The notes: a model not told the origin generated them from the sequence alone. A stretch of DNA of 45,860 nt from Alphaproteobacteria bacterium (GCA_006226305.1 SBHG01000173.1:1-45860), one strand, 5' to 3'; counted from the first letter of the stretch, positions 28,246-38,904 are shown. Program-made: numbers and translations.

Positions 28246-29207
28246 CCAACATTACCCTTTACATCATGTATGCCGGGCTGTTCTTAACCGCCCTCCTCCT
28301 CATAGAGGGTATGTATTTCCTCATTCACGATCTGCGGTCCGGATCGAAAGACATCAACCGCCGTATGCGCCTGATCAACAAGGAGGGCGACAACAAAGCC
28401 GGCCTTTCCTTGCTGCGCATCGAAAAACAGGGCGGCTTAACGGCCATTGCCCGCAACATGTTTCCAAAGCTCACGGATATCATGTGGACCGCGGGGGTTG
28501 TTATGCCCATCGGGCGGTTATTGGCCTTCATGGTTGGCCTCGGCCTCTTTGTGTTTCTGCTGCTTGAAACCGTCACCGCCTCGCCGCTTTATATCACGGC
28601 GCCGCTTTCTTTTGGGGTCGGCTTCGGGTTTCCTTATGGGGTTCTTAAAATCCGCTCCCATCGCCGCCAAAAAGCTTTTACCAATCAGCTCACACCAGCC
28701 ATTGATCTGATCGTGCGTGGTTTGGAGGCTGGCCACCCTGTCACCTCCGCCCTTAGCCTGGTTGCCGACCAGATGCCCGATCCTATCGGCAGTGAATTCG
28801 GGATCGCCGTGGACGAAATGACCTATGGTCTGTCCATGCAGGAAAGTCTCGACAATATGGCGCGACGCTTTCCCAACCAGGATTTGCGGTTCTTGATCAT
28901 CTCGGTCCAAATTCAGCGTGTAACCGGCGGGAACCTTGTGGAGATCCTCACAAACCTGTCCGAGGTCATCCGCGCGCGTGTCGCCATGCAAAAGAAAATC
29001 CGCGCCGTGAGCGCCGAGGGGCGCCTGTCCGGCTGGATTGTTGGTTTATTGCCCTTTTTTGTCGCGGGCTTCATCTGGCTCACCAGCCCCCAGTTTTTCA
29101 CCGAAGTCATGGACGATCCCTTGTTTATACCGCTGCAGGGCATGGCGGTTTTACTTCTTGCCCTGGGCGCCTTGACCATCTGGAAGATGGTACGGATTAG
29201 AATTTAG
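28242..29207 (+). CDS. tadB: Tad inner-membrane platform protein TadB
   Basis: RGLEAGHP, PDPIGSEF, QRVTGGNLVEIL and SAEGRLS; ATGA overlap with cpaF. Confidence 0.93.
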   Translation: MTNITLYIMYAGLFLTALLLIEGMYFLIHDLRSGSKDINRRMRLINKEGDNKAGLSLLRIEKQGGLTAIARNMFPKLTDIMWTAGVVMPIGRLLAFMVGLGLFVFLLLETVTASPLYITAPLSFGVGFGFPYGVLKIRSHRRQKAFTNQLTPAIDLIVRGLEAGHPVTSALSLVADQMPDPIGSEFGIAVDEMTYGLSMQESLDNMARRFPNQDLRFLIISVQIQRVTGGNLVEILTNLSEVIRARVAMQKKIRAVSAEGRLSGWIVGLLPFFVAGFIWLTSPQFFTEVMDDPLFIPLQGMAVLLLALGALTIWKMVRIRI

Positions 29208-29220
29208 GAGGGCGACAATC

Positions 29221-30165
29221 ATGAATGCTTCCCTACCCGTCTGGATCGCCTTAAGCGTCTTTGTCACGATCGCGCTTCTGGTTTTTGCCATCGCGGCCAT
29301 CTTCTTTGGACAGGACGCGACCGCCCGACGCATGAAAGAAGCCCAGAAAAAGGGCCTCGACCCGCGCGGTCAAACCAGCCTCTCACAAGACAACCGCCTG
29401 GCATCCTGGTCTAAACTTCTGTCACCTATTGACCGAAGGGTCGGCCCCAAGGACAAAGAGGTGCGCAGCACCGCTCGTAAGCAGCTCATCAAAGCCGGCT
29501 TTTACAATCCGTCCGCTGTAGAAATTTATTTCGCCCTGCGCGTTCTTCTCGCATTGTTGCTCCCGTTTCTCGGGCTCGTCCTTGTCAAGATCGCGGCGCC
29601 GAGTCTGACGGCTAATGTGGTACTGCTGATCGTCATTGGCGGCACTGTTTTTGGCTATTTCCTGCCATTTCTGCTCGTGCACAACCAGATTGAAAATCGG
29701 CAACAGGCCGTGCGCGATGGCCTGCCCGACGCTTTGGATCTCTTATTGATCTGCATTGACGCGGGCTCTTCTCTGGCCAGCGGGTTTAAACGCGTGGGTG
29801 AGGAGATGGAGAGCGTCCATTCCGTCGTCGCCGAACAAATGACCCTGATCTCCTTCGAGCTACAGGCAGGGGTTGGCCGGTCCGAGGCCCTCAGAAACTT
29901 TGCCGAACGTGTCGATATCGACGAAGTTCACTCTTTGACCACCCTGCTTATCCAGTCCGAACAGCTTGGAACCAGTCTCGCCCGGGCCATGCGGGTTTAC
30001 GCCGCCGAAATGCGCAGCAATCGCATGCTGGACGCCGAGGAGCGGGGCAACAAACTGCCAGTCAAGCTGGCATTGCCTCTGGTGCTGTTTATTTTGCCCT
30101 CGCTGATGCTCACCATTATGACCCCCCTGATCATTCGCATCTTTCGGGTTCTGTTGCAGACCTAG
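29221..30165 (+). CDS. tadC: Tad inner-membrane platform protein TadC
   Basis: LPDALDLLLIC, LIQSEQLGTSLA and KLPVKLALPLVLFILPSL. Confidence 0.93.
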   Translation: MNASLPVWIALSVFVTIALLVFAIAAIFFGQDATARRMKEAQKKGLDPRGQTSLSQDNRLASWSKLLSPIDRRVGPKDKEVRSTARKQLIKAGFYNPSAVEIYFALRVLLALLLPFLGLVLVKIAAPSLTANVVLLIVIGGTVFGYFLPFLLVHNQIENRQQAVRDGLPDALDLLLICIDAGSSLASGFKRVGEEMESVHSVVAEQMTLISFELQAGVGRSEALRNFAERVDIDEVHSLTTLLIQSEQLGTSLARAMRVYAAEMRSNRMLDAEERGNKLPVKLALPLVLFILPSLMLTIMTPLIIRIFRVLLQT

Positions 30166-30229
30166 ATTACGATTGGAACCGGCATTAAACTGGCCTGACA
30201 GGGTGAGTCGCCAGAAAGAGTAAGTCCTT

Positions 30230-31129
30230 ATGAACAAGACATTGATCGCTTCGATTCTGGGATTGGCTGTTTTACAGTCCGCGTGCTCGTCGGACCTTTT
30301 GGGCAAACAGGATTTTTCCGCACCCCCTGACTCTCCCGCAACCCTGCAACATCGGGACGTCGATTCAACTTTTGCCAGGGGGCTGCGGCAATTAGCAGAC
30401 GGTGATGCAGAAGGTGCCCAGGCCAGTTTTTCAAAGGTCCTGACCGCAGAGCCCGACAACAAAGACGCACTCTTTGGCCTTGCCGAAAGCAATCTGGCGC
30501 TCGGCCATACAGAAGATGCGCGCACGCTCTATCAGGAACTGGTGACAGATGACACCTTCCGCGCCCGTGCATTTCAGGGCCAGGGTCTTGCTTTCCTGCG
30601 AGACGGACAAAGCGACCGCGCCCTCGTGAACCTCTCATCCGCCGTCGACGCGGATCAGTCGCTCTGGCGATCCTGGAATGCCATGGGCCAGATATACGAT
30701 AGCCGCGAGGCCTGGGACGACGCCAACAACGCTTATGCATTTGGTCTTTTGCAAAACCCCAATTCCGTGGCGCTTCGCAACAATGTGGGCATGTCGCTTC
30801 TCTTACAGGACAAGCCGGATGAAGCACTTAAACATTTTGAAGCCGCATTAAATATCGATCCACGCAATCAAACGGCCACCTCCAACCGTCAAATCACCCT
30901 CGCCAAGCTGGGCCGTTATTCTGAGGCCCTTGAGGGGGTCAGTCAGCAGGACCGCTACATTGCGCTTAACAACATCGGTTATATTGCCATGCTCAAGGGA
31001 GACCTCAAACGCGCGCGGCATTATTTCAATCTGGCCGCCGAGGAAAGTCCCGCCTATTACAAAACCGCCGAAGAAAACCTGAAGCGCGTTGAACAAATGC
31101 TGGCCGAACAGTCCAAAGACGCTTTCTGA
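30230..31129 (+). CDS. tadD: TPR lipoprotein TadD/CpaO-like
   Basis: Lipobox LQSAC, multiple TPRs, RNNVGMS and LNNIGY; position after tadC. Confidence 0.85.
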   Translation: MNKTLIASILGLAVLQSACSSDLLGKQDFSAPPDSPATLQHRDVDSTFARGLRQLADGDAEGAQASFSKVLTAEPDNKDALFGLAESNLALGHTEDARTLYQELVTDDTFRARAFQGQGLAFLRDGQSDRALVNLSSAVDADQSLWRSWNAMGQIYDSREAWDDANNAYAFGLLQNPNSVALRNNVGMSLLLQDKPDEALKHFEAALNIDPRNQTATSNRQITLAKLGRYSEALEGVSQQDRYIALNNIGYIAMLKGDLKRARHYFNLAAEESPAYYKTAEENLKRVEQMLAEQSKDAF

Positions 31130-31140
31130 GTCCGCCGACA

Positions 31141-31623
31141 ATGTTCGGGTCAACCGATATTTTTCAACTCATTCTGGCTGCATTGCTCATCTATGCGGCA
31201 GGTGTCGACATCATCAAATTCAACATTGCCAACTGGCTGGTCCTCGCCTGCGCGGGGCTCTTTGTGGTGGCCGCATTGGCCAGTCCAGTGCCGGTTAACT
31301 GGCTTTCGCATCTGGCCGCCTCCGCCTTGATGCTGGCCTTTAGCCTGATGCTCATCAACATCAATTTTATGGGTGGTGGTGATTTAAAACTGCTCTCGGC
31401 CCTTTGTCTTTGGGCGGGTCTGGAGCATATGTTGGTTTTCTTGGCCGCTGTTTTTATCGCCGGAGGCATCTTGGCGCTTATTCTCATTATCGCCCGCTTC
31501 CTCGCCGCCAAACTGCGCCCTGATGAAAATAAAATGCTCCCGCGGGTTCTGCAAAAAGACGGACCCGTTCCCTATGGCGTCGCCATCGCGGCAGGCACTC
31601 TCTACCTCATGGCACCCTTTTAG
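31141..31623 (+). CDS. cpaA: A24 prepilin peptidase CpaA/TadV
   Basis: DIIKFNIANW, GGGDLKL and VPYGVAI; multi-TM; 160 aa. Confidence 0.93.
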   Translation: MFGSTDIFQLILAALLIYAAGVDIIKFNIANWLVLACAGLFVVAALASPVPVNWLSHLAASALMLAFSLMLININFMGGGDLKLLSALCLWAGLEHMLVFLAAVFIAGGILALILIIARFLAAKLRPDENKMLPRVLQKDGPVPYGVAIAAGTLYLMAPF

Positions 31624-32813
31624 AGGGCCGGACCTTTGATAACGCCTTCTTTGCGCAGCGCCGCAATTTCGCTTTCCGAGTAACCGATTTCGCCCAGTAT
31701 TTCCTCTGACTGTTCACCCAGCCGCGGGGCGACATCCGGCGGTTGATAAGGCGCTTGGGAAAAGCGCGCCGCCGGACGTGGTTGCCGGTAAGGCCCGACC
31801 AGCGGGTCCTCCAGTTCCTCAATCGCCTGATTAGCTTGCACCTGCGGATGCGACAAAAGTCCGGCACGGTCAAGGATCGGCGCACAAGGCACATCATGCC
31901 CATCCAATACCTCAAGCCACTCAGCCGTTGTTCTATTGATCAGGGTTTCCTGCGTCAGCTTCAACCGCGCATCTGCATTGACCACACGCTTGTGAGGCGT
32001 ATCGAAGCGCTCGTCTTCCAACCATTGCTCCTGACCCAGCGCCGCACAAAGACCCTGCCACTCAGAGTCAGAAACCGCCCCCACCGTCATAAACCCATCG
32101 GCGGTTTCAAACACCAGATCCTGCGCCAGCTGAGCTCGCGAGACCTGGGTTTCCTGTCCCGGAAAGGTCAATTGCACCAAGCCCTCCGGCCAGAGAAAGG
32201 AAATCATCGCATCCAGCATTGAGACTTTGACGTGCTGCCCCTCGCCTGTTCTGGCGCGCGCCAACAAGGCGGCGGTGATCGCCTGTGCGGCCGTCATGGC
32301 GGTTAACTTGTCCGGAATAATGGTGCGGATCATCTTGGGCCTTCCGGTTTCCCGGTCCGCCTGAATAGAGGCAAGTCCGCTGAGCGCCTGGATCAGAGGG
32401 TCGTAGACCCGTTTTTTCGAATAGGGGCCGGTTTCCCCAAACCCGCTGATTGACACATAGATAATGTCGGGACGCATCGCACGAACCGCCGCCTCACCAA
32501 GCCCCATACGCTCGGCGGTACCGGGGCGAAAATTCTGGACGAAAACATCCGCTGTCGACACCAAACGGCTCAGTATTTTCCGGCCGTCTTCAGCCTTCAG
32601 ATCCAAGGCCAATGATCGCTTGTTACGGTTGCTGGAAAGAAAGGTACCCGTGCGTCCGTCTTTACCAGACCCCATATAGCGCACCAGGTCGCCCGTCAGA
32701 GGTTCCACCTTGACCACATCGGCGCCCTGATCCGCCAGCAATTGGGTCGCCACAGGACCGGAAATCATGCTTGTCAAATCAACGACGCGAAAGCCTTCAA
32801 GAGGTCCTGCCAT
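31620..32813 (-). CDS. family III (CaiB/BaiF) CoA-transferase
   Basis: GPLEGFRVVDL, GADVVKVEP, NRNKRSLALDLK, NFRPG and SISGFGETGP. Confidence 0.93.
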   Translation of the reverse strand: MAGPLEGFRVVDLTSMISGPVATQLLADQGADVVKVEPLTGDLVRYMGSGKDGRTGTFLSSNRNKRSLALDLKAEDGRKILSRLVSTADVFVQNFRPGTAERMGLGEAAVRAMRPDIIYVSISGFGETGPYSKKRVYDPLIQALSGLASIQADRETGRPKMIRTIIPDKLTAMTAAQAITAALLARARTGEGQHVKVSMLDAMISFLWPEGLVQLTFPGQETQVSRAQLAQDLVFETADGFMTVGAVSDSEWQGLCAALGQEQWLEDERFDTPHKRVVNADARLKLTQETLINRTTAEWLEVLDGHDVPCAPILDRAGLLSHPQVQANQAIEELEDPLVGPYRQPRPAARFSQAPYQPPDVAPRLGEQSEEILGEIGYSESEIAALRKEGVIKGPAL

Positions 32814-32832
32814 TTTCGCCTCCTCACACGGA

Positions 32833-34512
32833 TCAGAACAAGCCTACCACATCACCATTTTCATCAAGATCAATATGATGTGCGGCCGGAGACCTTGGCA
32901 ATCCCGGCATGGTCATGATGTCCCCGCAAATCACCACAAGGAACCCTGCTCCTGCGGACAGTCGCACCTCCCGAACAGTCACCGAATGGTTGGAAGGCGC
33001 GCCCAAAAGATTGGGGTCAGTGGAAAATGAATACTGCGTTTTCGCCATGCAGACAGGCAGTTTGCCGTAACCACCATCCTGAAACTCGCGGATCTGATTG
33101 CGCACCTTTTTATCCGCCTGCACTTCGCTGGCACCATAAATACGCATCGCCACACGTTCAATCTTTTCCCACAACGGAAGATCATCCTGATAGAGCGGCG
33201 CAAACTGGGAGGCGCCACTTTCCGCGAGCGCAACAACTTGTCGCGCAAGATCTTCAGCCCCCGCACTGCCTTCACTCCAATGCTCGCAGCGCACCACAGG
33301 GCAGCCCAGCGCGCCCGCATAGTCTTCAACCGCCTGAAGCTCATCTTCTGAATCTGCGACAAACCGGTTGATCGCAACAATGGCAGGCACGCCAAAGGAT
33401 CGCACGTTGCGAATGTGACGCCCCAAATTGGCGCAGCCCTTGCGCACGGCGTCAACATCTGGCGTCGCCAGCTGGTCCTTGGAAACCCCGCCATGCATCT
33501 TGAGGGCACGAACCGTGGCCACAATTACGGCCGTATCGGGTTTCAATTTAGCTTTGCGACATTTGATATCGAAGAACTTCTCCGCACCAAGATCGGCGCC
33601 AAAGCCCGCCTCTGTCACCACATAATCCGTCAACTTGCGCGCGGTCTGAGTCGCAATGACCGAGTTGCAGCCATGCGCGATATTGGCAAAGGGGCCTCCA
33701 TGAATAAAAGCCGGATTGCCTTCAAGCGTTTGCACCAGATTGGGCGCCAGGGCATCCTTCAAAAGCACTGTCATGGGTCCCGGCGCCTTCATTTCCGCCG
33801 CCGTTACCGGCGTATGATCGCGCTTAAAGCCAACCACCATCTGCCCCAAGCGAGCCTTCAGGTCTTCAAGGCTCTCTGCCAGGCAGAAAACCGCCATGAC
33901 TTCCGAGGCAACAACAATGTCAAACCCATCTTCGCGCGGAAATCCATTGGTGACACCGCCAAGTGAATTTGTGATCTGCCGCAGCGCTCGGTCATTCATG
34001 TCGACAACGCGCCGCCAGGTGACGCGCCGACTGTCGAGTCCGCTTTCATTGCCCCAATAGATGTGATTATCGATCAGAGCACTTAAGAGGTTATGCGCCG
34101 CGCCGATGGCATGAAAGTCACCGGTAAAATGCAAATTAATGTCTTCCATCGGCACCACTTGCGCCATGCCGCCACCGGCTGCACCACCCTTCATGCCAAA
34201 ACAGGGACCAAGGGATGGCTCGCGGATGCAAATAGCTGCTTTCTTCCCAATCCGGTTCAAAGCGTCCCCAAGCCCCACTGTTGTCGTCGTTTTGCCTTCC
34301 CCTGCCGGGGTCGGTGAAATCGCTGTGACAAGAATAAGTTTGGAAGCCGGATTGTCAGGCTGCTGCTCAATGAAATCCAAAGCCACCTTCCCCTTGAAAG
34401 GGCCATAGTGGAGCAGTTTGTCGGCAGGAATGCCAAGCCCCTCCGCCACGTCCCCAATGGGTTTCATTTGGCAGGCGCGGGCAATTTCAATATCGCTTGG
34501 AACTGTGCGCAT
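32833..34512 (-). CDS. fhs: formate--tetrahydrofolate ligase
   Basis: [39 protein letters not shown] and MTMPGLP. Confidence 0.98.
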   Translation of the reverse strand: MRTVPSDIEIARACQMKPIGDVAEGLGIPADKLLHYGPFKGKVALDFIEQQPDNPASKLILVTAISPTPAGEGKTTTTVGLGDALNRIGKKAAICIREPSLGPCFGMKGGAAGGGMAQVVPMEDINLHFTGDFHAIGAAHNLLSALIDNHIYWGNESGLDSRRVTWRRVVDMNDRALRQITNSLGGVTNGFPREDGFDIVVASEVMAVFCLAESLEDLKARLGQMVVGFKRDHTPVTAAEMKAPGPMTVLLKDALAPNLVQTLEGNPAFIHGGPFANIAHGCNSVIATQTARKLTDYVVTEAGFGADLGAEKFFDIKCRKAKLKPDTAVIVATVRALKMHGGVSKDQLATPDVDAVRKGCANLGRHIRNVRSFGVPAIVAINRFVADSEDELQAVEDYAGALGCPVVRCEHWSEGSAGAEDLARQVVALAESGASQFAPLYQDDLPLWEKIERVAMRIYGASEVQADKKVRNQIREFQDGGYGKLPVCMAKTQYSFSTDPNLLGAPSNHSVTVREVRLSAGAGFLVVICGDIMTMPGLPRSPAAHHIDLDENGDVVGLF

Positions 34513-34539
34513 GAAAGCTTTCCTTTGACGTTTGTTGAT

Positions 34540-35049
34540 TTACTTGAGCGGCAACCGATAGCCCATCAGATAGACATAGCCAAGGTCATGATCGAGCGAT
34601 TCATCCCGCTGAAATCCCAGGCTCGCGTAGATATGTTGAGCGGCTACGAATTCCTTGATGGTGTGAAGCAACACAGCCTCCCGGGATGTCGAGCGGGCCC
34701 GCTCAATACAAGCCTCTGTCAGAAGACGCCCCACGCCCCGCCCTTGCGCCTGCGGTGCCACAGCAAGCATGCGAAACCCGCCAACATTGGGTTCATCCCA
34801 CTCCGACATGTCAGACGCGCTGTCGCCCACATAAGTCACGCCGCCCAGGATTGCGCCGGTCTCGTCCACAGCCACCAGAATGTCTGCCGACCGGGCCCGC
34901 GTTGCGACATCGCCCAGCACACTTCGATAAATATCGCGGCCCTCTTCAAGGGCCCCCGGCACAGACTCATAGGCGCGGACGGTTATCGCTCCGACCTCGT
35001 CGTATTCCGACTCGTTGGCCAATCGAACTGTAATCTTAGGTTTGGTCAA
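34540..35049 (-). CDS. GNAT family N-acetyltransferase
   Basis: RMLAVAPQAQGRGVG (motif A) and AQHIYASLGF. Confidence 0.9.
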   Translation of the reverse strand: MTKPKITVRLANESEYDEVGAITVRAYESVPGALEEGRDIYRSVLGDVATRARSADILVAVDETGAILGGVTYVGDSASDMSEWDEPNVGGFRMLAVAPQAQGRGVGRLLTEACIERARSTSREAVLLHTIKEFVAAQHIYASLGFQRDESLDHDLGYVYLMGYRLPLK

Positions 35050-35202
35050 AATGGTTCCCTGAACCGGGAGATGAAAATCTCTTTAAAAATAGCCAATTGC
35101 TGGCCATTCCGCCAGCCCCTTGGACCGTGGAAAAGCTTGGGTTGCGGCCCACGTCAAATTCAGCAATTCTGAGCTCGCTAAAGGCGGGCGAGAGGAAAAC
35201 AG

Positions 35203-36078
35203 ATGCCGGATCAGCCACAAAGCGCGGTAAAAACTTCTGCGTTAACGGGGATAACGCTCGTCGCCTTTGCGGCAAATTCAATATTATGCCGCGCCGCGCT
35301 GCAAGGTCCTGAGATAGATCCTCTGGCCTTCACCAGCTTAAGGTTAACAAGCGGCGCTGTTTTTCTGGCCCTTCTTGTCATCATACGCAATCGCTCCCTG
35401 GCGGCGCTCGCCCGACCCAAATGGCGCCCCTCCCTGGCATTGTTCTTCTACGCCATTGCCTTTTCACTGGCCTATGTCGCACTACCGGCCGGTACCGGCG
35501 CGCTTCTTTTATTTGCATCTGTGCAGGTTACAATGATTGGCCTGTCACTTATCAAAGGCGAGCGCATGCGCAAGGGAGAGTGGCTCGGCGCCGTGCTGGC
35601 CCTTGTCGGATTGATCTATCTTCTGTCACCCGGATTGGCCGCACCACCGCTGCTCTTTGCCGGCCTTATGATTCTTTCCGGCATTGGCTGGGGCCTTTAC
35701 TCGCTATACGGCAAAGTTGAGACGGACCCCATAACCGCTACGGCACGCAATTTCCTCTATGCCGTCCCCTTTGCCCTCGTGCTCGGGATTGCCCCCGCCG
35801 CTTTTTCGCAAATATCGACAACTGGCGTCATCCTTGCCATTGCCTCCGGCGCCATTGCCTCTGGCATGGGCTATGTGGTGTGGTATGCGGCCTTGCGCGG
35901 CCTCTCCGCCATGGAGGCCTCTATCGTGCAACTAGCCGTTCCGGTGGTCGCAGCAGTGGGAGGCATTCTCTTCCTCGGCGAAAATCTCACTTTGCGCTTT
36001 GCCCTGGCGAGCCTCGTCATCCTCGGCGGGATCCTGATTACCATCCTCGCAAAAAACCGACCCGCGCGTTCATCCTGA
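35203..36078 (+). CDS. DMT/EamA family transporter
   Basis: About 10 TM segments; FAANSILCR and two EamA halves ending KGER and FLGE. Confidence 0.9.
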   Translation: MPDQPQSAVKTSALTGITLVAFAANSILCRAALQGPEIDPLAFTSLRLTSGAVFLALLVIIRNRSLAALARPKWRPSLALFFYAIAFSLAYVALPAGTGALLLFASVQVTMIGLSLIKGERMRKGEWLGAVLALVGLIYLLSPGLAAPPLLFAGLMILSGIGWGLYSLYGKVETDPITATARNFLYAVPFALVLGIAPAAFSQISTTGVILAIASGAIASGMGYVVWYAALRGLSAMEASIVQLAVPVVAAVGGILFLGENLTLRFALASLVILGGILITILAKNRPARSS

Positions 36079-37455
36079 TCAGGGTAGCCCGAAGAGATCC
36101 TTCAAATGCGTGTTGAGAAACTTGCCGCCAGGGTCAAGCTCGGCCCGCACGTCCAGGAAATCCTGCCATCGAGGATAAAGCTCTGAAAGCGCCGCGGCGC
36201 CCAGAGTGTGAATCTTGCCCCAGTGGGGTCTGCCCTCATGGGCCCAATGGATCGGCTCTACATCGGCAAAAAAGGGTTTGAAATCCTCTTCAAAATATCG
36301 GTGCACCGCCACCGAGCACGAAGCACGGTTATAGAACGGACTGAGCCAGGCGTCATCGGCACGCGTATAGCGAAACTCGACAGGGAAGAAGACCTCGTGA
36401 TGCTTTTTCTCGATCACATCCCGAATGGCGCGCACTACATCCGGGCCAACTTCAGCCGGCAAATGATATTCCATTTCATTGAAACGCACTTCTCGCTCAT
36501 AAGGGAAAATTTTCCACCACTCATCGACAAACTCCTCTTCCCCCTGGCCTTTCACCGCCTGATTGATGAGCCAGGAGCGCAGCGCGCTAAACCAGCCAAG
36601 CTTGTCCCGCAGATCCTTGAGCTCCAGAACGCCCTCGTTGTCATCATCCGGCGGACGGCCCGTAATCGGCTCGTCCGTTTCGTTCGTCGTGGTCGCGATT
36701 GCCATGTCGGAAAAGGGAATAAAGAAAAACTCAAAGGTCAGATTTTCCTCCCCCAACTGCCCCGCCCGGGAAAGTAGATCTTCAAGCGGTTCCACCCAGG
36801 AATGGCGTTTCAATTTGTAAGTAGCGCGATTTTGCAGGGTGACTTCCGTCAAAACACCCAGCGATCCCAGAGAAACCCGCGCCGCATCGAATATCTCCGG
36901 ATTTTGATCTCGCGAGCAGGTCAAAAGATCGCCAGACGCCGTCACCATTTGAAGCTCGGTCAAATGACTGTGCAGCGCGCCGAGAGACTTACCCGTCCCG
37001 TGGGTCCCGGTGGCAAAGGCACCGGCAAGAGTTTGCTTGTTAATATCAGGCATATTGTGCAGGGCTTGTCCGGCCTGGGCCAAGGGCTCGCCCACATTGC
37101 CAAGCCGCGTACCCGCCCCAAAGGTGGCCCGCATCTTTTCCCCGTCCAGGGACTTAAGGCCTGAAAACCGCCTGAGCGAAATAAGCGTGTCATCGGTTGG
37201 AACCAGCGGCGTGAAGGAATGTCCAGAGCCTGCCGCGCGCACCGGACCTTGCGCCGCGCGGATCAGGCTCACAAGCTCATCCAGGTCCCGCGGCGCACTC
37301 TTTACACGGGGGACACAGCTTTCCTTACCCGACCAGTTCTGCCAGGGAATTACCCGGCGCTGCCCCTCTTCGGCAAAAGCCGACCCCAAAAATTGCGGAT
37401 GCGCCGCGAAGAAACTGCCCACGGCGAGAGATTTCAAAAGATCGCGCCTGAGCAT
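36079..37455 (-). CDS. Tat-exported FAD-linked oxidoreductase (aldonolactone oxidase/ALO family)
   Basis: Twin-arginine leader LRRDLLK; NWSG, GSGHSF, TGTHG, FNEMEY, FPVEFR and RPHWGK. Confidence 0.9.
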   Translation of the reverse strand: MLRRDLLKSLAVGSFFAAHPQFLGSAFAEEGQRRVIPWQNWSGKESCVPRVKSAPRDLDELVSLIRAAQGPVRAAGSGHSFTPLVPTDDTLISLRRFSGLKSLDGEKMRATFGAGTRLGNVGEPLAQAGQALHNMPDINKQTLAGAFATGTHGTGKSLGALHSHLTELQMVTASGDLLTCSRDQNPEIFDAARVSLGSLGVLTEVTLQNRATYKLKRHSWVEPLEDLLSRAGQLGEENLTFEFFFIPFSDMAIATTTNETDEPITGRPPDDDNEGVLELKDLRDKLGWFSALRSWLINQAVKGQGEEEFVDEWWKIFPYEREVRFNEMEYHLPAEVGPDVVRAIRDVIEKKHHEVFFPVEFRYTRADDAWLSPFYNRASCSVAVHRYFEEDFKPFFADVEPIHWAHEGRPHWGKIHTLGAAALSELYPRWQDFLDVRAELDPGGKFLNTHLKDLFGLP

Positions 37456-37458
37456 GGC

Positions 37459-37824
37459 TCACTCCCCGTTCGCCATAAAGTCAATCAGATCAAGGAAATC
37501 CTCTTCCGTGCAGTCAACACACGATCCAAGAGGCGGCATACCGTTGAACCCGTCAATAACATGCTCAAGCAGCACATCTTCACCCTGGGCCAATCGATCC
37601 TCCCAGGCGGCCGTATCGCCGGTCATGGGCGCCCCACTATCCGGATTGCCATGACAGGCCATGCAGGTATCCGCATAAAGTTCGGCCAGGTAAGGGTCCG
37701 AGGGCAGAAGATCCTCATCGTCCTGCGCCACCGCCCATCCCGACAGGCCGCCGCTCCAGGCCATCAGACCGAGCACAAGCCCGGCCAGAAGCACAATCAC
37801 TGTTTGCAAATTCAAGCGCGGCAT
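37459..37824 (-). CDS. cytochrome c5-family protein
   Basis: CMACH, GAP..GD..AW and GFNGMPPLGSCVDC; signal peptide; ATG 37824 behind GGAGG. Confidence 0.9.
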   Translation of the reverse strand: MPRLNLQTVIVLLAGLVLGLMAWSGGLSGWAVAQDDEDLLPSDPYLAELYADTCMACHGNPDSGAPMTGDTAAWEDRLAQGEDVLLEHVIDGFNGMPPLGSCVDCTEEDFLDLIDFMANGE

Positions 37825-37985
37825 CAGATCAGTCCTCCCCCTGTTTCTGATCGCAGCCCGCCCGGAAAGGACAGACCCGGCACAAACCATGCCCCATCAC
37901 GCGACCACGGGCAAGCCATCAGCCCAAACCGCCCGAATATTGAATAAGAATGAAGGATCTGCCGCCCCGGCCATCACAGAGAATC

Positions 37986-38070
37986 TGGTGCGGATGGAGA
38001 GAATCGAACTCTCACTCCCGAAGGAACGGGATTTTGAATCCCGCGCGTCTACCAATTCCGCCACATCCGC
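37986..38070 (-). tRNA. tRNA-Leu(CAA)
   Basis: GCGGATGTGGCGGAATTGGTAGACGCG-CGGGA-TTCAAAA-TCCCG, long variable arm, GAGAGTTCGATTCTCTC, CATCCGC-ACCA; 85 nt with encoded CCA. Confidence 0.97.
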
Positions 38071-38269
38071 AAAATCTCTCGCCAGGACCCTTTTTTGAAG
38101 CCTGCCGGAGAGCGGGCATCATAGGTAAATTGGGCGTCCCGTCAACTGCGTTTAATGCCCTCAAGCGCCATCTTCTCTCAACAATTTTGCCCAACATAGA
38201 GAGCATTTCCTGTAGGGTGACCCAAAGCAACCCCCCAAACCGCGCCCTCAGCCAGGGTGCTTGTAAACC

Positions 38270-38902
38270 ATGACCGACCAAACCGACACGCAAAGTCCCC
38301 CGTCCGAATCGACCACAGACCTTTTGCGCCGCATTGCTGAGGCCTGCGACAGCGAAACCCTGACCGTGGGCGCTCTGGTCGACCAGCTCTCAGGCCGGGG
38401 ATTTGGTGTTGTCCAGCTGGTGCTGGCACTGCCGGTCTGTATTCCTTTTCTTTATGGCATCCCCCAGGCTGTAGCCGTACCGATGATGTTTGTCGCCTTG
38501 CAGATTGCGACAGGCCGTCAAACACTCTGGCTGCCAGAAAAAGCACGCAGCAAAACCATTTCCCGAGATAGCCTGGCTACCATGGCCGACCGGGCCGCCA
38601 AATATGTCGGCTGGTTTGAGCGCATTGCCCGCCCCAGTCTGATCTGGGCCACCCGGGGCACCGCTGAGCGAATCGCTGGCGCCTTTATGGCAATCTTTTG
38701 CGCGTCCATCCTGGTTCCCCTGCCGGCAACCAACACCATGCCGGGCATTGGCGTGGCCATCATGTCCATTGGCTTCTTGGAGCGGGACGGCCGCCTGGTC
38801 GTGCTCGGCGGCCTAATCGGCACCCTTTGGGTGAGCCTACTTCTTTTCTTTGGTATTACCCTCGGTGTTGAGGGCCTTCATCTTCTTAAATCCTACTTCT
38901 GA
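38270..38902 (+). CDS. exoD: ExoD-family membrane protein
   Basis: GRGFG, LALPVCIP, LWLP, PLPATNTMP and ERDG. Confidence 0.88.
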   Translation: MTDQTDTQSPPSESTTDLLRRIAEACDSETLTVGALVDQLSGRGFGVVQLVLALPVCIPFLYGIPQAVAVPMMFVALQIATGRQTLWLPEKARSKTISRDSLATMADRAAKYVGWFERIARPSLIWATRGTAERIAGAFMAIFCASILVPLPATNTMPGIGVAIMSIGFLERDGRLVVLGGLIGTLWVSLLLFFGITLGVEGLHLLKSYF

Positions 38903-38904
38903 TA

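Noticed and set aside
37900-38070. tRNA-Leu as an integration site for an island carrying the tad locus
   Set aside because: No integrase and no duplicated tRNA 3' end noticed by eye; the flanking genes look like ordinary chromosomal genes.
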